64,000 nt of DNA from Ostrea edulis. Taxonomy: Eukaryota. Location: the NCBI RefSeq assembly GCF_947568905.1, contig NC_079165.1, positions 65,906,001-65,970,000 on the forward strand. The letters are read 5' to 3'. Positions 1 through 27,404 of the stretch are shown here, in pieces. The translations under genes and the position numbers were made by a program. Position 1 is the first letter of the stretch, and the number at the start of each line of letters is the position of its first letter. The notes below the pieces were generated by a model. The model was not told the DNA's origin and did no database searches. It saw nothing but the letters and a program-made list of their open reading frames with translations.

Positions 1-252
1 CCATTGTCTTTTCTTGAGAAAATTGTAATGTCAGTGGTATAACAAATTTAGTCAATAGTGTAACACTTGAAATATCTGATATGAATTGCAGATCAGGTGT
101 ATAGAAATTAGTTGTTTACAAAATGTGTTCTGTAGTATTGTGTGTTGTACGTAATGTGAAATTATTATCGTGCTTACTGGATAGTTCAGTGGATAATTCA
201 CACCCATACCCACTCACCGTCTCTTGCTGTCTATTGTATTTTACTATAATTC

Positions 253-417
253 ATAGGCGTAGCTTGGGTTCGAATATTACCGAGGCAGGGGTCTGCCCCC
301 CCCCCCCCCCCCCCCCCCAAGAAGCTATCGACATTTTAACAACGTAAAAGGTGTTTTTTGGGGTTTTTTTTTACCGAGGCAGCTGCCTCGGTTGCCTCAA
401 TGGAAGCTACGCCACTG
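253..417. mobile_element. Short MITE-like element
   Basis: Inverted ends GGCGTAGCT (256-264) and AGCTACGCC (405-413), internal perfect palindrome GAGGCAGCTGCCTC (376-389), poly-C spacer. Confidence 0.5.
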
Positions 418-537
418 TAATTTACGCTTACAGTACCTATATGTTACATATGTTTGATATAAACATAAATTAGAAAAGGGTTTATAAACCTGGTTGGTTT
501 CCATATACGTTTATGTTACATTGATCGAGATGTATTG

Positions 538-2460
538 ATCTTGGACCTCTAGGCATATTATTATTAATCCGGCTAGATGTTACTGTGATGTTGCTGAAAA
601 TACGATGTCTTTCTGTAGATACTATTAGCTAATAATAACTCAATTCAACTTGCATAAAAGAATAATTGAATTTACTAAATCATGACCTTAGTGTCCTAGA
701 TGAATGATAAAAAATTTGGTTGTTAAAGTTTAATCCCTCTAAAACTGAGACCCCATTTAATGGATTGCATAAACAACGAAATTTTCCGTATATTCCCTTC
801 ATGTTTCACCCACGATGTCAAAATTCAACACTTAGTACTAAACAAATTAGGAAGTCGAATTCAATCAGTGCACATATAATACACTTTTTTTTAAAATTCA
901 CGGAAATTGTTATCATCCGTGCAAAATGAATCCGTGATTTGTATTATTTATCAAGCCACGGACAGATTTTTTTTCAGTCACGGATACCATATAGTTTACG
1001 GAAATTCTGTAAATTGAAAAATGTATATGAAATAACGATAATATACTTGTAATATGAAAGAAATATAGTCTTCCGTCTGTAAATTTCACATGTTTACAAT
1101 GTGATGAAGGAACCACAGAAATATTGCATACAAATCACGGACAGATTTTTCTTTCCAGTCACGGATATACCAAAGTTTACGGAAATTCTGTAAATTGAAG
1201 AATTTATATGAAATAATGATAAAATACTTATACATGTTTATTATAATGTAATGAAGGAATCACGGAAATATTGCATACAAATCACGGACAAATGTTTGTG
1301 ACGAAACAACTACGGTGACGTCACAATGCACTGAAAATTTCTGTGACTGATAGATTCTAACTACATATTCCCTGGGGTGTAACAAAACAATTCAAAGTAT
1401 GTTCGAAGTCACAAATCTATAATTTAAAAAATGCACGGACAATTTTATTATCCGTGCAAAATGAATCCGTGATTTGTACTATTTTTTCTATCTCCGTGCA
1501 TCCGTGCGTCCGTCACTTGTCCGTGTTTTGTAAATGGCGTCTAAAACTAATTAAAGCTGTACATTTTTCATCGAATAAGAACATTGATCCTCAGAAATTA
1601 TTTTTCCAAAACTGTCAGTTGTAGTATGTGCCAGTGCATAGACATTTAAGATTGTTTCATGCGATTTGGGCTGGGCCCAGTTTATAAATAAAATAACAAG
1701 TACGGCTTACAAAAAAAACCAAAAAAACTAGGTCTTCTTAAAAAATTTAAATTCACCTTAGGAAGAAACACTAGCTCTTTCAAAAATGTACACTACTTTC
1801 ATAAGACCAGCTTTAGAATATGGCTTTGTATACTTTCCATATGTATCTCGTCTGTTGGAATATAATTCATACCAAACTGAGACACGCATGTATTTTGAAT
1901 TATGATTTTTATAAACGCAATATTGTCGATTCTCCATTATGTTCCTGCACCAGTCCATGGCATGCGTGAAGATGCATATCACTTTTTCTTTATTTGTAAG
2001 AAATATTCAATTGCTAGATACAAATTAATAAATAAATTGCTTAGGTTAAATGATTTGGTTATTATTGATACACATTTTCTACTTTGCGGTGATAATGTCT
2101 TATTAACCGAATTGAATAATTGTATTTTCTCCTATGTTCAGACGTATATTCATGAAACCTAAAAATTTGGCTGTTGATCATATCATAATGGAATGCTACA
2201 TATCAACATAAAGAGGAGAAATTCCTCTATCTAAAACATTTAGAAAGTGAAAAAGTAATATTTTTCACTTAAGGGTGGTTTTTGCTTGACGGTAATCATA
2301 TTCCATTGTTTATCTATAGAACACTTACCATTTATGTATTTCCTGTATATTATTTTTAATGACAGTTGTGTGTTGTAACATGTATTAGATTATAAGGAGA
2401 ACTCGCAAGTTGTACGAACTTGCTTCTGATCCATTTGTATATATTATATACAATAAAATA
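538..2460 (+). mobile_element. Decayed CR1-type LINE (RT 3' half and 3' end), interrupted by a DNA element at 747-1543
   Basis: 538-746 and 1549-1830 align by eye with the RT at 63437-63890 (WLLKFNPSKT, HRHL, IRPALEY). 1855-2160 encodes the CR1 ORF2 C-terminus (IIHTKLRH...SPLCSC...EDAYHFFFIC). AATAAA near 2453. Confidence 0.8.
747..1543. mobile_element. Non-autonomous TIR DNA element with CACGGA-rich internal repeats (TAG terminus, possibly Academ-like)
   Basis: Ends GAGACCCCATTTA / TAAATGGCGTCTA (11 of 13 complementary), flanked by a direct AAACT repeat (742-746, 1544-1548). Two internal ~180-bp repeats. It splits the LINE at a point that is continuous in the 63.6-kb copy. Confidence 0.7.
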
Positions 2461-2697
2461 CGTGCACATCACTTGATCACAACTTAACAACTTTCTGATC
2501 AAATAAGTAAGCATATTGCATAAATTTCAGTTCTGCTTTGGGTAGAAGTGCCCCGGGATATTTTATATAAACCTACATGACCGTCTCTTGCTACCCTCTG
2601 CAGCAGGTTATACTCCACAGACACAGTTTGTGGATAGGGATGTTTTGCATTTGCATTAATTTAGATATTAGTATATATAGGTCTATATCTACTATGT

Positions 2698-2698
<1 letters not shown>

Positions 2699-2732
<34 letters not shown>
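2699..2732. repeat. (CT)n microsatellite
   Basis: Direct reading. Confidence 0.95.
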
Positions 2733-2735
<3 letters not shown>

Positions 2736-2769
2736 TCGTATAGCCCAGGCCTGTAGGTCAAATTCTCAT

Positions 2770-3010
2770 TTCTCATCAACAAACATGTACAAAACGGAGA
2801 ATTTCTAACATTTCGTTTATATAGATCATAATTATATATACAGTTGTATCTTAGCTTTGTATGAATAATGTTGATATATTGTTTTCCAAAAGAGTAATAT
2901 GATGGTGGTCTTGTAATGTCTGTTATCATATTTTTACGGAATGAATTGATTGAGATGGCTTCTCTGGCTTCTACATTTAATAAATTCCACTGTTTTACAG
3001 AGTCGATCAT
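2770..3010 (-). mobile_element. CR1-type LINE ORF2 3' fragment, opposite orientation to the 1855-2160 copy
   Basis: ORF 2732-3061: SVKQWNLL...NIIHTKLRYNCIYNYDLYKRNVRNSPFCTC, paralogous to the + strand piece. Confidence 0.75.
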
Positions 3011-3167
3011 ATGGTTGAATGTTATGCCCGTTTGGGCCCTACTTTGGAATGAATAAATCATATAAGAATTTTTGCAGTTTTAAAGCATCAACTCTTTTTC
3101 TGAAAGTTTTAACTAGATATTCACTCAATTTGACAGTTACTGGTCAACAACCAATCTTATTTGTTAA

Positions 3168-3736
3168 GGTGGATCGATCCTCATATGACTATCAATATTA
3201 ATGGTTAAAAGTGAAAAAATTGTATTAATTTCCACTCAATATAGTTTAATTTAATCAATAACCAACGAAAATGTGTATGTTGCCACCTTTTTAAAGATGT
3301 CAGACATACAAAAACAGAAATATATATCAACATAAAAAAATCACACATTTTCGTTAAACAGAATAATGAAAATTGATTTTAAAAATTAAACTTGCTGAAA
3401 TGACAAATTTCAAATGTCAACAGTTTAAGAAAATGCTAATTAAGTGATATATGAAAATTAATTGTGGATATTAGGGAAATCATTGTGTCATAGATATGCA
3501 GTAGAGGAAATTCCAGCATAGGAGTTATTGCCCTTGACAACATTTTTAAAATTATAAATAATTGATTATCTATGGAAAATAAAAACTTTTTCAATATCAA
3601 AAGTTTACCAGAATTTTCATTTCATTCAGTAAATGAAATTCCTCTGAAAGATATATTTCTACCATGCGCAAAATTTAATTTAATAAATATTTTGCAAAAA
3701 CCTACATGTGTGACATCACATGAGGATCGATCAACC
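3168..3736. mobile_element. TTAA-flanked MITE (Kolobok-like)
   Basis: TTAA|GGTGGATCGATCCTCAT ... ATGAGGATCGATCAACC|TTAA; one mismatch in 17 bp; RR...YY termini. Confidence 0.75.
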
Positions 3737-4574
3737 TTAAATAGTTATAAAAATTTTGTTGAGTTATAAAATGAGAATTAGAATATTTATTCAACCTATT
3801 TGGGCCTACAGAGGAGCATTATGATGCATAAAGTAAAAAATCACACAATTTTAAACAAAGGAAAACAAAGAGGAAAGCAAACAAAACATATTGCACTGCA
3901 TGGTGAACAGAGAATTAGCCGTCAAATCTATCAATGTGTGAAATACACACAAAATATATGCACTGATAGTAACTATGTTGCAGTAATCAACTTGCATGGT
4001 ATTATAAATGAGAGGGGGGAAAATGTATACATGTTACATCGGGTTCAGTAATCTGAATATTCTGAATTCATTGGCGGCGAGGGTGAAATGAGTCTCATTT
4101 ATTATTTTAATTTATTTTGATTTTACTCCTATACAGAGGTAAAGTTTCAAAGAATATGAAATCAATAATGTTGATTTGTTATAATTCAATCGAAATAACC
4201 ATTGGATGGGGTTGAAATAGTGACAAATTACAGTGGCTTTGTGTAGCTGTGTGGATCGTTTGCGGTTTAGGCTGTAAAATGACTTGGTCACTTGGTGCTA
4301 TAAGATTCAAATAAAATGATGTTACCAGGATCATTTTATTTTCTTATAGGTTAATTTACACTTCAATAATATACTTCATCTTGGTAAATGATAATGTATC
4401 CATTTATCCGGAAGTCCTCAGCTTTTATTAAATAGATTCTGACTTGTTGATACTGCTATATATATTAATTATTATAGCCTAAGTTTGAGTATTGTATTTT
4501 GATTCTGTGTCCAAACATAAGCCTTGGCATCAATTTTGACTTTAATGTTACGAAGCTGTCTTTCCATGGAATTA

Positions 4575-6010
4575 AAGGCCATTTACAAAACACGGACGCA
4601 CTGTAGAACAAATCATGGATTGATTTTGCTTTTGCATGGATGATAAAAAATGTCCGTGCATCTCCGTGGATTTAAAATTAAAAAGTGTTGATTAATAGTA
4701 TTGTCCGTGCGATATATTACATGTTATAGACTAATATGTGTCATAGATCTAGCTGCAAAAATAACACAAAACGCAGTCCTCGTTAAGAATTGCAACAACA
4801 AAAAAGTAATTATGTCACAGTATCATTTACAAACTCTTACAATCCATACATTTGATTGTTTTTTTATTTCTTTGTTTAATACTAAGTGTCAAATTTTGAC
4901 ACCATGGATGAAACCTCTGGCGACACTTTGTACAATTAAACACGAATCCATATTCAGGCATTCTACAAGTATAAAACTAACTGTAGGCGCTTGCAAGAAG
5001 ACAAAGACAATTTACGGAAAAATTCATTTCTTATATGTACAATACATAAAGTGGAGTCTCGTTACTTCAGTCATTTCCAGTATTCTGTACACGGATGTGC
5101 AATTACTGATGCCTGGGGCTACTGATTTTAGAGGTCGGGCATATGTATATGCATTGTATATTAACGGGAATAGTCAGCTCAATGACAACTATTGTTAGAT
5201 TTTCAAAGTTTTTTTTCCTCTATTTCCTTAAAGTTTTATTTGTTAAAAAATATAACTCACTATGAAGCACTTCACAACGTTTAACACCTGTAAATAGCAG
5301 TGTTTCTCTGTTTGCTCTGTCCTCAATTTGGTTATCTTTACATTTTCCTTTTCACTAAACAATTACAAAGAGAAAATGTTAGATATATACAGTTGACAAC
5401 ACTGTATGACTTGTACTTTGATGAAGAGAAAAGTCTCATGTATTGCAAATATATTGCGAAATCCAAAGATCCAGGAAAAATTATAACTATTCTGAACTTG
5501 AAGGGTGTTCTCATTCCATGTAGAAAGTATGAAATGCCATACAATAATAATTAAACTGAGTCATTCACTACTTGGCCAGAAGCTATCAAACAAATTGTTT
5601 AATAATAAAAGATATGAAACTGACCAGTGTTTGCATAAAAATATTTCAATTTGCATATATCAACTCCATTTTAGTTGTTTTGTTGTGTGTTTGTGACAAC
5701 AAATATTTCAAATAAGGCAAGAGGATGAGAAGCACATATGTAATATGTGTTCAACAGTCCAAACATTTTTTAAAATTGTTTTGGACTTCTCGCAGTAATA
5801 TATATGCTTAATAATATACAATTTTGGCAGCGTCACAATATGAACATACGCAAAATTTTTAGACGGAAGACTAAAATTCTTTCATTATACAAGTAATATA
5901 TTTTAATTCAAGTCTAAGACTTATTTCATGTAAATTCTTCAATAAAACCAATTCATAGAATTTCCATAACTTTGGTATCTGTGACTAAAATGTCTGTCCT
6001 TGATTCTTCC
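4575..6010 (-). mobile_element. Second, larger copy of the 747-1543 element in reverse orientation, upstream of the first EZH2 coding exon
   Basis: GCCATTTACAAAACACGGAC near 4578 is the reverse complement of 1520-1539. 4870-4915 matches 803-846 reversed; 5860-6000 matches 955-1080 reversed. Right end not resolved. Confidence 0.65.
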
Positions 6011-6462
6011 ATATTTTGTATGTAAGTTCCGGAATTAAATAGATCATCAATATGAATAAAACCTTTGATATATAGTACATAAGTATAAACTAATCCCCTG
6101 TAGGTGTTTTTAATGGTTCATTGGTGTTTTGGTATTTTTAAGGGAGGGGTGATTTTGGTAATTATTTGGTGTTCTGTTTCCATGAATTCCATGAACCCCA
6201 AAAATGTTATGTAGCTATAAATTTAAATAGCGTTAGTATAGATGTGTCAATACACGTAATTGGTTGCCTTGCCCAATGGAAAAGTTACAGATATGGCCAA
6301 AATATATGTGTATTTGTTTTCCCGACTCTACCTACTTTATTGTTAGGAGGAAAAACAGTTAATGCAAGAATAATGCTGAACAATTGTATTTAGTAGTAAG
6401 TATATATAGACATGTAGAAGTATTCTGATAAGAGATTGATGACCTTTGCTATTACAGGTGAA

Positions 6463-23116
<16,654 letters not shown>

Positions 23117-23340
23117 TACTACATGTAATAGGCAGTATGGAGGCAAATTCTGTGCAGAAATTACCTGGTGCTCAAGAATAGAATAACGTTTTCGAAATAC
23201 TGTGCAATATGTGGAATTTAGTGAATTAAACAGCTAAACAGTGTAAAAGGATTATGTCAATTGTTAAAACACTCTAATTCTGAATTTAGAGCATGATGAA
23301 TACTAAGTACACAACAATTTTCCTCACATGTAATTTCATG

Positions 23341-23362
23341 TTTATTAACAAATGTAAATAAA
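23341..23362. terminator. Opposed poly(A) signals for EZH2 (+) and the small minus-strand gene
   Basis: TTTATT at 23341-23346 (AATAAA on the - strand) and AATAAA at 23357-23362. Confidence 0.5.
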
Positions 23363-23668
23363 ATGAAATACTGTTTTCTTCTTTTGAAATTACATGCATT
23401 GATTTTTTTGTACCAGTATATATAAAAATATGAAGGCAGTATGATAAATGATCCATTAAGGATTAAGAATACAGCGTCAACTGGAGGCCAACGCTTGGAA
23501 ATAATATTGAAATGTGTCTTTGAGTCAACAAACATCATAATCATTTTCCCTCATATTAGGTAACCATGCTTCAAATTGATTGTCACATTCCATCTTGGAT
23601 GATAAAGATTTTGCCTTTCATAATGACATAAAATATGTAAACATCTGCTAATTAATCTGTTAGCAACT

Positions 23669-26600
23669 TCATGAAGTTTGTTGTAGTCCCATGTGCCTCA
23701 GCTGTTCTGGTGTGAGAACTTCAGCAGCATGTTCTGCCTGCCAAGCAGCCACTTTCTCCTTCCCAAGTTCTGCATGCAGTTTGGCAAGCTTCTGTTCTGA
23801 TTTTACCGTTTCTGAGTTCATCCTGTTTCAAAATAATATTCTTATTACTTTCACATTTTGATAGTTTAACTAAAATTTGTAATTTGAGACATCATGTCAT
23901 AGGCATGTGATACAATGGCAGTCATCAGAACTTAGCATTTAGCTTTCCTACAAAGCTGGCAAACCACAGTATACTATTTCTATTTGCTTGACGATGTTTG
24001 TGAATGTGCACATCAGAGTCAACTGTACTGTAATGCTTATAACATGTCTTTAGTTCTTAAAAATGTCAATTTACAACCCTTTTATGTAAAGTAAGGTCAA
24101 AAGAAAAAAATATTAAACCATTATATCTAGTCATATAACTTTTCATCACAAGAATGATTCATGTAAAAATATGTACAATCAGACTTGCTGCATTATGTTT
24201 TGAGGCAACTACCACCGTATTACATTTAGTTTATTAGTTTACCAGCTAGCAAACATGGATTTACAACTTTGTTGCCATAACCGTTTCATCATTTGTCTTT
24301 GAATGCTGTCTGAGAAAAGTACAGGTGACCCATAAACAGTTTTATAAGAATCTACAGAGAAAATACCATTTAACTGTTTATCTGTAAATACTGTTTCCTA
24401 TTGACCACTTCTAAATTTATTTTGCTCATTTAGAATTATGTTCATTTGACCAAGAGAAGCGATATACACCAATTAACTCATGATTAAGCTTTTGGAGGAG
24501 AAAATATTGTTTTACGGTATATATATATTTCATTTTGTAATTACTGCATACCATTTACTCTTATGTATCTAGGATTGTATTAATCCACTCTTATATGTCT
24601 ACTACTTTGGGAACAAAAGGCGCATTATAATAGGATTCTGTGTAAAGCTTACTGTTTGCAAAAACCATTGATTTAACACTGACCTTCGGCTCTCTGACAT
24701 GGCTCGGGAGAAAAAGTCCAGCGCTCTCTTGTCATCAATGTCCTCTGTGGCATTCATTTTTCCATCCTCCTAAAATAAAAGTTTTTGAAAGCTTATTTAA
24801 ATTTGCAATACGCATAATGTACTAGTGCTGTTGTCAGATGTCAAATACACTGGTAAACTCCATCCCAGTCTGATTAAAATCAAATCCTTAGATCTGTTTG
24901 CATCCCTCATTACTCAAAAACAATTTCTTGGGAAGAGGGGGGGGGGGGGGGGATTGAGTATTGCAAGTCTGCTTTGAAATTAATTGTTTCAAAAACTTTG
25001 ATTTCTTGATTTAAGCCATATGATTAATTGATTGTTGTATTGTTACAATTATCAATAATTGAATTGTTGCTCTATCTTTGCTCTATCTAAATGAATTTCG
25101 CATTAATCAATAAAATTAGATTACATACAGACTAATATGATTATGTGAAAATATCTCTAAAAGTAATGCTGACAACTTTTTAGGTCACCTGAGTAAACTC
25201 GGGTGACCTATTGCAATTGGTCGTTGTGTATTAACAATTGAACATTTTTAACTGCTTGATAACTACCAGCCCAATTCTTTTCAAATTTGGTATGAAGCAT
25301 CATTGGGACAAGGGGGACATAAATTGTAAATTTCAAGACTCCAACACCCCTAGGGGCGGGGCAAAAACTGCCCGAAATTGACAAATTTTCAAAAATCTTC
25401 TCAAGAACCACACACGGGAAAGAAAAACTAAATGCATAGTGATGTAGAGCAGGAAAGCCTCTACCAAAATTGTAAATTTCATGATCCCCTGGGTAGGGGT
25501 TCTGACCCTAGGGCAGGGCCAAACTTGGTATATAGTGTTTGTGTAAAACACTTGAATAATATCTTTTTAGTGCTATTTATACTAAATTGAAACGAAATGG
25601 ATAGAGCAGGTAGTCTTTTACCGTAAACTTGATGATCCCCAGAGTAAGGGTTCTGACCCCAGGGTAGGGCCAAACTTAGTATATAGTATTTATGGGTAAG
25701 TTTGCTGATGCAGTATAAAATCTAAATGCATACTTAGGAATAGCAGAAAAGAATGTACAAAAAATGGTGAATTTCACAACCCAGGGTTATGACTTTAGGA
25801 TGAGTCCAAATTAGTCATATCTTTTGATGTTTTAATGTTAATACACCTATTATTTAAAGCCTTTCATCAGTGTATGCACTTTTGAGGCCAGTAAAGTTTT
25901 AAGAACACATCTTGTTTTATAATGTTGCTGAACATTAGAATTTAGCTTAAATATTCAGAACAGGATTTTTTTCTCTAGATTTTATAACCCATGGAAGTAG
26001 TAATACTAGTACTCAGGTGACCGATTAGGCCTGTGGGCCTCTTCTTTACTAAACCTACCACGCAAAAATGAATGTGTTAGAAAGGTGTCTCTGCTGTAAA
26101 TTGAGACCCGACTAATGGGTGATGAGTAGGAAATCCTAATCTGAATCTTTTGACGTCATGTGCAACAAATGTAGAGATTTGTGCTGAGTCTGATGAATGT
26201 GTAAACAAAGCAAATGAATATACGTTTAAACATAGCTATTAGTTTAAGCTCAAAACTTATATTAAAGACTTCAGACTTATAATATCTGCCATTCTGTGCC
26301 TTGATCGTATTGCATACATGTACACGTGAATGTGCTAGATGCATTTATTACTCTTTCAAAATGAGACAAGTAAACCTGCAGGGGGCAACATTGTACATTT
26401 GAGGATGTTCACCTTCACTTTTTAACTATGAACCGGATTTATACTGTAGAGTCACTTTTTTTAAAAATTATTATTTTGGTTATGACGGTCATGTAAACTG
26501 CATGACGGTTGTGTATAGCCGATATATAAAATAGGTACACTACGTGTATAGGGCCTACAGCCGGTGTACATTAGGTACCCAGGGGTCTAGCGAATAGCCG

Positions 26601-27041
26601 ATTTATAATAGGCCTAGACGTCGACGGTCGGGCGAATAGCCGATATATGGGGTGTGATTTTTCCTCTTTTCAGAGGAAATCCTCTGATTTGCTCAATTGT
26701 CGAAAAAATGAAACACTCTGGATTTGATCTAAAGTGGCAGAAAATTATATTTTTCCAGGTAGGGTGAGGTGTATTCCTCCCTTTTTGACCAGTTTTCCTC
26801 TGATTTCTGAGGAATTCAGTCACATCCCTGCGATATACAATAGGTGCACTGGTCAGTGTGTTTCGTTAGTTTATCACATATGTCGGTATAACTTTGTCAT
26901 TTCATGAGCTATTATCTTCTCATGGATGCTCTAACAATAAATACAGAATACCTTTTGTTTGTTATAATGCTCGGTGATAAAATCTTCTAAGCTTTTCGCA
27001 GATTTGTCCTCTTTTTCGTGGTCGTTTGCCTCGTCCGCCAT
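23669..27041 (-). CDS. Uncharacterised 109-aa acidic/helical protein, 3 exons
   Basis: Exons 27041-26952, 24769-24684, 23822-23669; GT-AG, phases 0 and 2 match, 330 nt, strong start context (CAAATGG). Translation: MADEANDHEKEDKSAKSLEDFITEHYNKQKEDGKMNATEDIDDKRALDFFSRAMSESRRMNSETVKSEQKLAKLHAELGKEKVAAWQAEHAAEVLTPEQLRHMGLQQTS. Confidence 0.8.
25177..26046 (+). mobile_element. Helentron-type element (family A, uninterrupted)
   Basis: Same 5' hairpin and 3' end as 20204-22529; internal tandem units with GGGGTTCTGACCC. Confidence 0.8.
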
Positions 27042-27404
27042 TTGTAAACAATGAGAGGCACTGCAAAGCTAGTTGATTGTATGTTTTCGAACTTTTATCT
27101 ACAATGCAAACAATTGTTGTTCTCGAAATATTTTATGAAATGATAAATAATAAACAATTGAAAAAACTTGGTGTTACACGCAATATCTTCTTTTTACCAC
27201 ATCTGAGTATTTTTTATGTTGTCATGGAGCTATGTAAATCATCATTCGGAATTCCTCGTACTCGTCCCTTGATATAGGAAAAAGCGTCTAGAGGAGTTCC
27301 GATGTTGCAGGTGCCCGTTGTAAACTATACTTGGTAACGGTAAGGATTAACTTCATAATCGCGTTATTGTGCAGTAATCCAAATACTCATAAGATTAATT
27401 AATT
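27042..27404. promoter_or_regulatory. Probable bidirectional promoter (363 bp between two start codons)
   Basis: Divergent ATGs at 27041 (-) and 27405 (+). Forkhead-type TGTAAACAA 27043-27051, X-box-like GTTGTCATGGAGCT 27218-27231, RFX half-site GGTAAC 27333-27338. Motif function is inference. Confidence 0.6.

Noticed and set aside
4060-4390. Possible EZH2 first or non-coding exons (TTGGCGGCGAGG; TATAG...GTAAAT)
   Set aside because: Weak signals only; needs transcript data.
4701-5198. 165-aa ORF
   Set aside because: Starts at GTG inside a repeat element, with AT-rich intron-like composition and no recognisable domain.
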